Assembly (NCBI GenBank): GCA_963707025.1
Contig: CAVPOM010000017.1
Span: 32,001-96,000, forward strand
DNA length: 64,000 nucleotides
Origin: an uncultured Verrucomicrobiae bacterium
Lineage (GTDB): Bacteria > Verrucomicrobiota > Verrucomicrobiia > Limisphaerales > Palsa-1400
Direction: 5' to 3'
Numbering within the stretch: the first letter of the stretch is position 1; every line of letters begins with the position of its first letter. Below the pieces are notes generated by a model that saw nothing but the letters and a program-made list of their open reading frames with translations, searched no databases and was not told the origin of the DNA. Position numbers and translations under genes: made by a program. Shown piece by piece: positions 63,601 to 64,000 of this stretch.

Positions 63601-64000
63601 TCACAGTTTTGCGCCGCCCAGCGCGGCCAGCAGTTTTTCGTGGATGTTGCCGAAACCGCCGTTGCTGAAAATGCAAATCACGTCGCCGCCGCCGGCTTCC
63701 TTTTTGAGATGGGCGACAATAGCATCCGCATGGGGCAGGCAGGCGGCCGTTTTCCCGGCGGCCTTAATGTCTTGCAGGAGCTGGTCCAGATTGAGCCGTT
63801 CTTCCGGCTTGAGCAATTCCAGGCGGGCGGCCTGGGCGACGACCACGGCGTCGGCCTCGGCGAAGGATTCGGCCAGCTCGCGCTGAAAAACATTGCGGCG
63901 GGTGGTGTTGCTGCGCGGCTCGAAGACGGCCCAGAGGCGCTCATGGGCGTAGCGGCGGCGCAGGGCGCGCAAGGTTTCGCGGATGGCGGTGGGATGATGG
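63601..64000 (-). CDS. mpl: Murein peptide ligase Mpl, 3' part (runs off window)
   Basis: HHPTAIRETL, AVFEPRSNT, SNGGFGNIHEKLL. Confidence 0.88.
   Translation of the reverse strand, partial: HHPTAIRETLRALRRRYAHERLWAVFEPRSNTTRRNVFQRELAESFAEADAVVVAQAARLELLKPEERLNLDQLLQDIKAAGKTAACLPHADAIVAHLKKEAGGGDVICIFSNGGFGNIHEKLLAALGGAKL

Overview
GC-rich bacterial chromosomal window. Gene content, the secreted proteins ending in an F[YF]R tail and the repeat families suggest Verrucomicrobiota (inference). Many housekeeping genes (hppA, rpoD, uvrA, purL, mscS) carry 1-bp indels, probably sequencing/assembly error. Core genes: hppA, ECF sigma plus putative anti-sigma, rpoD, uvrA, purS-purQ-purL, pabB, M16 peptidase, LOG protein, modABC, cbiX, S9 peptidase, POT and MFS transporters, ppk1, mscS, mpl. 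Accessory content: two independent IS4 copies, an IS3 element, several intact or broken toxin-antitoxin modules, an orphan Dam-type methylase, Fic, YhcG and REP-like palindromes. The top find is a 3,204-bp IS1-family cargo transposon (32555-35758; perfect 19-bp TIRs, 8-bp TSD) that splits a parE-like toxin gene. It carries a 96-nt tRNA-like gene (34512-34607, minus) with a non-canonical 9-bp acceptor / 3-bp T-stem fold, G3.U70, encoded CCA and a UUA stop-reading anticodon loop, preceded by a structured leader with promoters, a boxA-like motif and an amber-terminated mini-ORF. Also notable: a GspG pseudopilin domain fused to an ABC solute-binding protein, and a gene-capture hotspot between purQ and purL marked by a duplicated purL 5' end. 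All protein family calls come from motif recognition by eye; no searches were run.
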